64,000 nucleotides of DNA. Source: Amoebidium appalachense (Eukaryota; Protista; Ichthyosporea). The notes beneath the pieces were generated by a model. It had not been told where the DNA came from and did no database searches. It worked only from the letters and a program-made list of their open reading frames with translations. Made by a program: the position numbers and the translations under genes. Each line of letters begins with the position of its first letter. Position 1 is the first letter of the stretch. The stretch lies in assembly GCA_963693365.1 (NCBI GenBank), contig CAVNZM010000022.1:22197-86196 (forward strand), written 5' to 3'. This document shows positions 20,774 through 29,379 of this stretch, in pieces.

Positions 20774-21207
20774 CGGTTGGGGTAGCTGGGTAGGCAGGTC
20801 GTAGGTAATTTTTACACTGGAAATATTTTTGCCCTTTCTATTTTTTTCTAAAAGTAAGTTACTACTCTTTCGACCTTACTACCACTAAGTAAACGAACAA
20901 CCCAAGCAAATAATTTATACTAAAACCCATTTTGGTGTGTGTTGGGGTCGCTACTTGTCGTAAGATCCCCATGGCTATGCAAGTGAACCGAGAAGGTCTT
21001 GCCAGGACACAGGAGCTCCCCGCAGCGTGGCCGGGAGGGGCTTGGGGGGCACGCGAGGCATGCACGGCCGGTGAGGCACGGAAGGCACGGCGGGCTCGCA
21101 GGCGGCACGAGGCACGCGTGCCACGCATGCCACCCGAGGCCCCAGGCCCCCAGGCGGCGCGGATGGGTGACCGAGGACGACCGATATGGACACGAGTCGG
21201 GGTGGGT

Positions 21208-22119
21208 TTATTGACGTGCCGCGGCGGCCCAGGTAGCAAACGCCGTGCGGCCATCCGCAAGCGCCTGCGCGACCTTCCCGGGGTCGACGTCCATGGGCGA
21301 CGCAAACAGCCTCCGCTCCGGAGCGACCACCACGAGGCGATCTCCGAGGCGGGTGCGGAGGTTGGCGAACTCGGTGGCCGCCAGCTCGGTGCCCGAGTCA
21401 CGCTGCAGCGCATAGCAGAGCTCCATGCCCGTTTTTGGCACGGATTCTGCGGGGCAGTGCGCCAGCGAGTCGCACAGCACCGTGACGTAGATGCCGTCGA
21501 ACCCATCTGCGGCATCCTCGAGTGCCTTGGTGAGGGGCACCAGCTCCGAGACGCCGCCGTCCAGAAACACGGTGCCGCCGTACTCGACGGGGGGGACCGC
21601 GAGTGGAAGGGCCGAAGACGCGCGCATGCCGACCTGGTACTCGGGCCCTGTGAACCACCGCTCCTTCTTGTTGAGGAAGTCCCAGGCGACGCAGTGGCAG
21701 CGCGTGTAGATGTCCGCGTCGATGCCCTCCAGAAGCGCCGCCGCACGCTCCTGCAGGGTGAAGCGGCTGTACGCCGCCCCGTACAGCATTGACCCGACCA
21801 CCGTCCTCCAGGTTTTCGGAAGCAGCGCCATTGCGCCACCCCACGGTTCCACAATGTCCTCCACGCACTTCAGCTCCCCCAGCTCGCGCGCCAGGTCGTC
21901 CAGGCGGTCGGCAACCACGAACGGCGCCACCAGCGCGCCGACGGACGTGCCGTACACCCTGTCGACCCGGTACAGCCCCGACGCGAGCATCCCCTGCATG
22001 AACCCGACTTGGAAGCAGCCCTTGACGCCGCCCCCGGGCAGCAGGATCCGCACACGTGTCCTGGCTTGGGAGGGTGTGCCCATGTTGATGTAGGGCGCGA
22101 TAAAAGTCGACGGCTTCAT
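21208..22119 (-). CDS. Patatin-like phospholipase
   Basis: GGGVKG, GTSVG nucleophile elbow, RASSALP, DGG. Confidence 0.93.
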   Translation of the reverse strand: MKPSTFIAPYINMGTPSQARTRVRILLPGGGVKGCFQVGFMQGMLASGLYRVDRVYGTSVGALVAPFVVADRLDDLARELGELKCVEDIVEPWGGAMALLPKTWRTVVGSMLYGAAYSRFTLQERAAALLEGIDADIYTRCHCVAWDFLNKKERWFTGPEYQVGMRASSALPLAVPPVEYGGTVFLDGGVSELVPLTKALEDAADGFDGIYVTVLCDSLAHCPAESVPKTGMELCYALQRDSGTELAATEFANLRTRLGDRLVVVAPERRLFASPMDVDPGKVAQALADGRTAFATWAAAARQ

Positions 22120-22913
22120 TCCAAATCCAGGGCGTTGCACACGGAGACCAGGTTCGCCCTTGCGCAGTCCAGCACGAAGGCGGCCAGCGCGGAGTAGTCG
22201 TGGGGCGGCGGCTGGCTCTGCGCGGCCAGCAGCAGCGCGAGGTACCGGTCGCGGGACCTGCCGTCTGTGTACAACGAGAGGGGAACGGCGATGTAGCGCG
22301 AGAGCAGCACGCTGACCAACAGGCGGGCCACGCGCCCGTTGCCGTTGCTGAAGGGGTGGATGTAGAGGAACTCCCCGAGGAAGTGCGCGGCGACGTGGAT
22401 GGCGCCGAGGACGCCGTCGCAGGCTTGGATTGCGGTGCGCGTTCTTTCGAACAAGCGGTCCAGCGCGTCTTCGATCTTGAACGGCGCGAGGTACTGATGG
22501 CTGCAGCCGGCGGGAAGCGCGAAGCGCACCCGGTACTGGCCGGGGTTGTCGAGCAGCCCGTCCATGACCTTGCGATGGACCTCCCTCGCCAGCGCTGCCG
22601 TGAACGTGCGCGCATCGACCCCCGTCCAGACCCACGGCGTGGGAAACAGTTCCCGGACTGCGACGACGAGGTTTCCGAGTTTCTTCGAGAACCGTGTGTG
22701 TTCGGAAACTTCACTGGGGCGCGAGAGCATACTCTCGATGTCTTCGGCTGGCACCTTTTCGTTTGTTTCCAGCTCCATAATCTGCTTGACGTACAACACC
22801 AGGTGGTGGCCTGTGTACCCGCGCATGAACAACTCGCTGTCCTCGTGGTTGGCCAGAAAGGTGTGCACCAGGTCAAGGCACCGCACAACCACGCCTTCGC
22901 CGAGATCAGGCAT
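22116..22913 (-). CDS. Fic-domain protein
   Basis: IHPFSNGNGRVARLL Fic motif; PGQYR upstream. Confidence 0.93.
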   Translation of the reverse strand: MPDLGEGVVVRCLDLVHTFLANHEDSELFMRGYTGHHLVLYVKQIMELETNEKVPAEDIESMLSRPSEVSEHTRFSKKLGNLVVAVRELFPTPWVWTGVDARTFTAALAREVHRKVMDGLLDNPGQYRVRFALPAGCSHQYLAPFKIEDALDRLFERTRTAIQACDGVLGAIHVAAHFLGEFLYIHPFSNGNGRVARLLVSVLLSRYIAVPLSLYTDGRSRDRYLALLLAAQSQPPPHDYSALAAFVLDCARANLVSVCNALDLE

Positions 22914-23421
22914 CACTTGTCTCTACACCGAGAGAAAAAACAGACATGTGCAACATGTTTCAATGTTTGAAATCCCCACGACGCGGGCATGCACGGCCGG
23001 CCGGGAGGGGCGGGGCGGGGGCGGGGCACACAGGCCCGGCCCGGGAGGCAGGCGTGGCGCGTGCGCTGGGGAGAAACGCGGGCACCCCCAGCCACCCCAG
23101 CCCCCCACCGGGAACCAGCAGTCAACTCGGGGTTGGTTTGGGGTGTGTTGATTGGCCATTGTGAGTGCAGCGCCTGCTCCCTCCACAGCCAATGAGCGTT
23201 GAGTGCCTTAGATCAGTTGTGTCCGATTGGAGAACATGTACAGCGGTGTAGGGCCGAATTGGGGATTTTGATTGGCGTCAGGTGAGAGCCCGGGACCGCC
23301 GCAGCCAATGGGAGACGACGGGACCACCCAACGGCTCGGCACAAGGGTACATAAGCACAGACGGTGTTGTCAAAAGCACACTCTTGCTGCAGCGTGACAG
23401 TGGGCTTTTGGAATTGCCAAC

Positions 23422-24450
23422 ATGACGCACATTGAGCGTATTCACATTCTCGGTAAGGACCGCGAGCCCCGGTTCGCCTACCAACCGGAGCTGTTCTACA
23501 CGCTGCACCTGCACCCCGAGGCGCCTGGCTCGATCCGCATGGGCACCGCCGCGATCTTCAGCACGAAGACAGGGGAGGAGAGGGTGTGGCCGGTCGACGT
23601 CATCCTCTCCGGGCCGGTACCGCGGCAGTTTGTCGACGAGGAGGGGCGGTGGACCCAGCGGGACAGTTACACACCTCCCGACCCCCGCTTCGAAGGGCGT
23701 GGCAGCGCGGTGTGGCGTGCACTGTACGACGAGCTCCAGGCGCCGGCGCTGCGCAGCCTCATCCCCGACGACACGGGCCTCGGGTTTCTCCTCCGCAAGT
23801 GCCCCCACCCCGACTTCGACGATGTGGACAACGACAACGACGAGGTGATCACCGTCGAGGAGACGGAGCACGTCTGGGGTGTGAGGCTTGGGCAGGCGGT
23901 GGCGGCTCCGACCGTGGTTCGGCCGCTCCACCAGGTCGTCGAGAGCGCGACGGTCCGCGCGGCGCCGGTGCCGGACGAGCAGTGTTCCCTGTACGCATTG
24001 AACACGTTGGCCAGCGACGAGGAGGCCAGGACGGTAGAAATGTTTGAGGTCTGGCCGGTGCTCCATTGTGGGCAGCCCGCGCTGCGCCTGGGTCTCTACT
24101 ACCTGCTGGCCGAGCTGAAGCTGGCCGAGCGCTTTGTGCCCCTGGACGTCATCGTCCAAGGCGACTGGGTCGAGGCCAAGATCGACGAGCACGGGACGTG
24201 GAGGGCCGGAGCGGTGGTTGGGCGAAGGGCGGTGGGCAGCGAGGATGCGTTCTACCTCCAGATTTACATTGCGCTCGGCCGGCACTTCGGGTTGGGGGTG
24301 CTGTCGCGGCAGATGCTGGGAATGGATGCTACCAGGACGGAGGTGCTTCGTATTGCACCACGCAGAGTGTACGAGCTGGATTATGACGTGGACACCGTGG
24401 ACTTCGAAGTCCCGTTCGAGGGCCACGCGTTTATGCATGCATTTTCGTGA
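23422..24450 (+). CDS. Hypothetical protein (342 aa)
   Basis: ATG ORF with coding-like GC3, upstream CCAAT and gggtacataag motifs. Confidence 0.7.
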   Translation: MTHIERIHILGKDREPRFAYQPELFYTLHLHPEAPGSIRMGTAAIFSTKTGEERVWPVDVILSGPVPRQFVDEEGRWTQRDSYTPPDPRFEGRGSAVWRALYDELQAPALRSLIPDDTGLGFLLRKCPHPDFDDVDNDNDEVITVEETEHVWGVRLGQAVAAPTVVRPLHQVVESATVRAAPVPDEQCSLYALNTLASDEEARTVEMFEVWPVLHCGQPALRLGLYYLLAELKLAERFVPLDVIVQGDWVEAKIDEHGTWRAGAVVGRRAVGSEDAFYLQIYIALGRHFGLGVLSRQMLGMDATRTEVLRIAPRRVYELDYDVDTVDFEVPFEGHAFMHAFS

Positions 24451-24479
24451 CAGACGGGTGAACCTGGCGAACTTGGTGA

Positions 24480-24620
24480 TTGGTTGCGCATATGTGAGCC
24501 TAAACCCTAAGGGTTGTGTGGGGGGTGGGGGTGGGTGTGTATTTGCGTTGGTTGCGCATATGTGAGCCTAAACCCTAAGGGTTGTGTGGGGGGTGGGGGT
24601 GGGTGTGTATTTGCGTTGGT
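24480..24620. repeat. Tandem 68-bp duplication containing telo-box-like palindrome aaccctaagggtt
   Basis: ttggttgcgcatatgtgagcctaaaccctaagggttgtgtggggggtgggggtgggtgtgtatttgcg x2. Confidence 0.9.
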
Positions 24621-24888
24621 CATTTGCCCACAGGATGGGTCAAAACGCGCAGCGCGCAAATAAACCACAAAAACACACGAGCGCGCCCCACCGTGTGGCC
24701 CGCGAGGCCTGGGAGGCCCGCCCGCCCGGCGAGCCACGCGTGCCACGCGTGCCACGCATGCCCCCACGCCCCGCCCCGGCGCGGGGAATTTTCACGCGGG
24801 GTTTTGGGCAGCCACCCACCAATATGACCGATGGCCATTTTGGTTGTGTGTGCGCCTCCGCCGCTTCCGATTTTGTAGTCGAGGAGCA

Positions 24889-26362
24889 ATGAGTTCACGC
24901 CCGCGCGGCAGACCCCCGAAACGCGCCAGAACCGAGGAACCGGAGGACGATGACCCGCTCACCTCATGGTTCTCTGGGATTTGGCAGCTGACCGCCGACC
25001 GTGCAAGGGACCGTGCGGACGCGGTGGGGGCTTCAAGCATGTTGACACCGGAGCAAAGGGACGCGCTGTACAAGGACTACATGACCAACTGCGATATCTT
25101 TGCCAGTATCCACAACGACGTAGAAAACCGCGAGATCACGACCCCAATCAGACAGATCGTCTTCCCGCCCGACGGTGACGGCCTCGAGCCACGCGACGAG
25201 GACCTGGCAGAGTTTATGAACATTAATGGGCTGAAGGAGGCGAAGCAGAAGCTTTTTGAAACCGTTATTGTTCCACGATTTGTGCCCGAACTGTTCCGCA
25301 GCCTGCGAACGCCTGGGCGGGGAATTCTGATGTTTGGTCCACCCGGGACCGGCAAGACGTTTATTGCGAGCAAGTTGGCGCAGGTGGGCAGGTCGACGTT
25401 TATGAACGTGTCGTCGGCTGTGCTCAACTCAAAGTGGGAGGGCAACTCGGAGAAGGCGGTGCAGGCGGTGTTTTCGCTCGCAAGGTGCCTGCGTCCCACT
25501 GTCATGTTTCTGGACGAGGCCGAGTCGATACTGGGCTCCCGAAACCGCAACAGTGCGAGCGGGTCGGGCAACTCGTACAAGATCACAAACCAGTTTCTTT
25601 CGGAGTACGACGGGCTGCGCAAGAGCAATGACCATATGCTGTATGTGGCCGCGACAAACCTGCCGTTCGACCTTGACCGGGCGATTCTGAGGCGATTTCC
25701 CATTCGCGTGTTTGTTGACCTGCCGCTACCGATCGACATCCTCGAACTGATATTGGAAAAACTGGACGAATTCCAAGCGGAGTATCCCCTGAGCGTCGAC
25801 CCAACGCTGCTAGTAGTTAATGACGGGGTTCACACCCCGCGAGAGGCCCTGCAGAAGTTGGCGTACTGGATGTTTCTCAAGTCGTATTCCACATCGGACA
25901 TCCTCAATCTAATCAAGCAGGCTGCGACGGTGCCAATGTCTGCGCATTCGGGAGATTTTTCAGTCACCCTCGGGCACAGGCAGCTTTGCCGGAGAGCTCA
26001 AAGGGCTGATCGAAAGACAGCCCAAGCCACTGGCAGTGCGGGATTTCCTGTCGGCGGCAAATACTGTTCTCCCCGCGTTTACAAAGTTTGACGATGACAT
26101 GGCATACACCGCGGACTACATCGAGCTATTTGCATTCAAGATCAATATTGAATGGCGGCGCGGCGAAACGATGCCCCCTGGGTTTGCACACGCACTCCAA
26201 CAGCACAGGGATGCGGAGCTGAACCCAACCAGCTTGTGGGGACCCGAGGTTCCGACATGGTACGTCCACGACGTCCGCGAGGGCAAGGATTACGCCCTTG
26301 GTCGTTACTACCAGGAGCAGGTGCTGCCGGAATTGGATATTGTGCTCGTCGACGGCGATTGA
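24889..26362 (+). CDS. Meiotic-clade AAA ATPase (katanin/spastin/Vps4-like); frameshift near 25960-26040
   Basis: GLKEAKQKL.E.VI.P...PELF, RGILMFGPPGTGKT, SKWEGNSEK, FLDEAES, AATNLPFDLD.AILRRF; tail DFLSAANTVLP in 26036-26362 frame. Confidence 0.88.
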
Positions 26363-26635
26363 ACCCGGGTGTGTATTTTGGTAAGCAATTGGCAATCGAT
26401 CAATGTGATCGATCGATAGCCATTCTGGTTGTGTGTGTGTGTGCCGTAACCCGCAGCCTGCAATCGGTCAATGTGACCGGTTGTCATTTTGCTAGGCACT
26501 GGGGTACTTGGCAGCCAAATGCCTCAAATTGAGGCCTTTGAAATGGTTAACCAGTGAAGTGGATGTGTTGCACCCTCCCGCTGGCCGGGTACAAAAGGCG
26601 CCGCGCGCAAAATAAAATCGCAGTCTTACTCTGAA

Positions 26636-28027
26636 ATGACTTCAAACACGTCTCCCCCACCCTCTTACTCTCCCACCCCTCTTGGCCCCGACTGGCGCCC
26701 GCCCGCGGGCCACGAGTCGCGCGTGGACACGTCGTCGGTGCCCGCGTGGCCCGGCGTGCGCCCGTTCTTCGCGCCGGACGGGGAGAAGGTGCTGACGTAC
26801 CTGACGAAGTTCGACGGGCACGTGTTCTTCAACGCGGGGTACTCCGCGTCGCTAGGGAGCAAGGAGGCGGGCGGAACATGGAAGAATCCTGTTAATTGGG
26901 TTAGGCATAATCAGGACACGGTTGATCGGGTGTTGGAGTTGACTCGGATGAATGTGGAGACGATGGATCTGGAAGGAGGGAACTTGGACGTGGCTCCAAG
27001 TTCGTCCCGGGTGCTTGTTCAAAGCGCGTTTTCGCGGATCAAGAAGCTACCCGCAATATCCCACACCGATGGCTCTGTCGCCTACGCCTTCGCAACGCAT
27101 GGTCTGATACCCGCCATCGAGATGTACCGCGGGACCTGGTTCGCGTTCGAGCTGACCGCGCCGTTTCTGCGCTACTGCTTTCCCGCGCTGCGGGACTTCT
27201 GGGACAACGTGATGGTCAAGTCGCACCTGGGCCAGATGGACTACTTCGCGGACCTGGTGCGCATCGCCGACCAAGGACGCGGCGACGGGGCCAAGACCAA
27301 GTCCGTGCACATCGACATGGAGGCCGCGGACGCGGAGGGCCCGCGCGCGGGCAAGCGTGAGCGCGAAGACGACGGGGAGCAGCAGGTGGCCAAGCGCAAC
27401 CCGCTGGACGCGATGCTGGAACCGGGCAACTGGTTCAAGCCGGGAGTGGATTTCGACACCGCGCTCGAGCAACTCAACAAGTTCATCACCACCGCGCACC
27501 GCGACATCTGCACCAACTACTGCCCCGAGGCACTCGCGGCGGTCAGGCGCGCGGAAGAGGTGGAGCGACAGGAGCGTGCCAAGCAGGACACGATCCAGCG
27601 GGGCATCGACTCAACGCTGGCGATGGTGAAGGCAGTGCGCGAGATGAAGGCCGAGCTCAAGGGGCTTGACGTGCACTTTGTGGCGTGGAGGCAGCTGAAC
27701 TTCGAGTGGTCGCTCAAAGCCGCGGCCGGCGCGTGCGTGTACGCGCTGCACATCGACGGCTACGTGAAGATCGGGCACACGGGCAACTCCCTGTTCCAGC
27801 GCTACAAGCACGACCTGTGGTCGCATGACATGAAGGAGCTTATAATCGTGTGCATGCCACACCGCAACAAGAACGAGGCGGAGCAGTTCGAGAAGCTGGT
27901 GCAGAACCAGCTCAAACAGGTGCGGGTAATGGTGGGCAACAAGCGCGAGATGTTCGCGGCGGACTACGTGCGCGTGTCAAACGCGTTCAAGGAGGTGTAC
28001 GGGGACGACGACATCCGCTTTGTCTGA
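26636..28027 (+). CDS. KilA-N-like + T5orf172/GIY-YIG-like protein
   Basis: N-term DGHVFFNA...KNPVNW...YRGTW...FLRYC; C-term CVYAL...YVKIGHT...QR...E..EK....L...REMF. Confidence 0.72.
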   Translation: MTSNTSPPPSYSPTPLGPDWRPPAGHESRVDTSSVPAWPGVRPFFAPDGEKVLTYLTKFDGHVFFNAGYSASLGSKEAGGTWKNPVNWVRHNQDTVDRVLELTRMNVETMDLEGGNLDVAPSSSRVLVQSAFSRIKKLPAISHTDGSVAYAFATHGLIPAIEMYRGTWFAFELTAPFLRYCFPALRDFWDNVMVKSHLGQMDYFADLVRIADQGRGDGAKTKSVHIDMEAADAEGPRAGKREREDDGEQQVAKRNPLDAMLEPGNWFKPGVDFDTALEQLNKFITTAHRDICTNYCPEALAAVRRAEEVERQERAKQDTIQRGIDSTLAMVKAVREMKAELKGLDVHFVAWRQLNFEWSLKAAAGACVYALHIDGYVKIGHTGNSLFQRYKHDLWSHDMKELIIVCMPHRNKNEAEQFEKLVQNQLKQVRVMVGNKREMFAADYVRVSNAFKEVYGDDDIRFV

Positions 28028-28224
28028 TTCTGGATGTATCTGGATGTCCGTGAACCAGTCACGGACTTCTGTGTTCACGAACCGCACCTATAAAACCGTC
28101 TACTTCGCATCATCTTTGAAGATCACGAATCACTCAAGCAATCACTCAAGATGAGTGATTGCCAGTTGGTTTGCATCCAAATTGCGCATATAAAAACCCG
28201 ACTCGCACGAGAGATGTCCGCAGA

Positions 28225-28881
28225 ATGGACTTCATCACTCGCATCCAACAGCACGAAGTGCCGTACCCGCAGGGCAGCGCGGCGTGGCTGCGCGCGCGCG
28301 CATGCATGCTCACGGCCTCGGACGTGGGCGCCGCGCTGGGTGTGAATCCCTATGAGTCCCGCCGCGAGTTGATCGAGCACAAGTCCGGGCTGAAGCGGCG
28401 GGTCGTGGACCCCGTGTTCGTGGCATTCGGACACAAGCACGAGGCCAACGCGGCGGACGCGTACATGCGCGCGACGGGGCGCTCGTGCATCGAGCTGGGG
28501 CTGATCCGGCACGCGGAGCACCGGTGGCTGGGGGCGAGCCCGGACCGGGTGACGCTGTGCGGGCGCGCGGTGGAGATCAAGGTGCCGTACAAGCGCAAGT
28601 TCATGGACGGACAGCCGATCCCCGAGCACTATGTGGCGCAGGTGCAGACACAGCTGTTTGTGCTGGGGCTGGAGGTCGCGGACTTTGTGCAGTTCGACCC
28701 GCGCGACGGGTCGCTGCGGATCGACGAGATCCCGCGGGACAAGGAGTGGTGGGCCAAGCACGGCAAGACATTAATGAGTTTTCAGGCCAAAGTGTTAGAC
28801 ATACGCGCAGACCACGAGCTGCAGGGATGGGAGACAGAGGACCAAGACACGGCGATTTGTCACATTCCCGACTTTATATAA
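28225..28881 (+). CDS. YqaJ / lambda-type exonuclease (viral recombinase)
   Basis: QGSAAWL..R...LTASD, G...E, WLGASPD, EIKVP, YVAQVQ.QL. Confidence 0.93.
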   Translation: MDFITRIQQHEVPYPQGSAAWLRARACMLTASDVGAALGVNPYESRRELIEHKSGLKRRVVDPVFVAFGHKHEANAADAYMRATGRSCIELGLIRHAEHRWLGASPDRVTLCGRAVEIKVPYKRKFMDGQPIPEHYVAQVQTQLFVLGLEVADFVQFDPRDGSLRIDEIPRDKEWWAKHGKTLMSFQAKVLDIRADHELQGWETEDQDTAICHIPDFI

Positions 28882-29140
28882 CTTGCACGGCGATGTGTGT
28901 AGATGGACACAGTCCACCGACTACACCCCAGCCCCGGCCATCAGTCGCAGTAGCGGCATCGGCAGTATATATACGACAAAGGGGTGTACGGTAAGATAGA
29001 GCATCAACAGGTACCGCTTTATCAATTTGAAATTTTGTTTTTTTGTGCAAGTGTGCTGGTCCGGGTGGCCAGGTGCCTGTATGGTGGGTGAAAACGGATC
29101 CAGTGACACCATGACTGCTTTATGGTTAATATATTATACA

Positions 29141-29377
29141 ATGAAGCCCAAGTATGTCAAGGGACGGTACTGTAGAAGAGACAAACGGATCTACCGCCGA
29201 AAGCTCCGAAACGCACGAAAAAAGTACAAAGTCCAAAAGAAACATCTAAAACGCATATGGGAACCATCCTATCGTGTACTTGACTATGTGACCGGCATAC
29301 CGACCATGACAACCAAAAACGGGTGGGACATCACAAGCTACGAGTACCCCCTACACTACAACATTTCCCGTGTGTAA
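29141..29377 (+). CDS. Small basic hypothetical protein
   Basis: 78-aa K/R-rich ATG ORF, stop adjacent to the convergent gene's stop. Confidence 0.4.
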   Translation: MKPKYVKGRYCRRDKRIYRRKLRNARKKYKVQKKHLKRIWEPSYRVLDYVTGIPTMTTKNGWDITSYEYPLHYNISRV

Positions 29378-29379
29378 GT

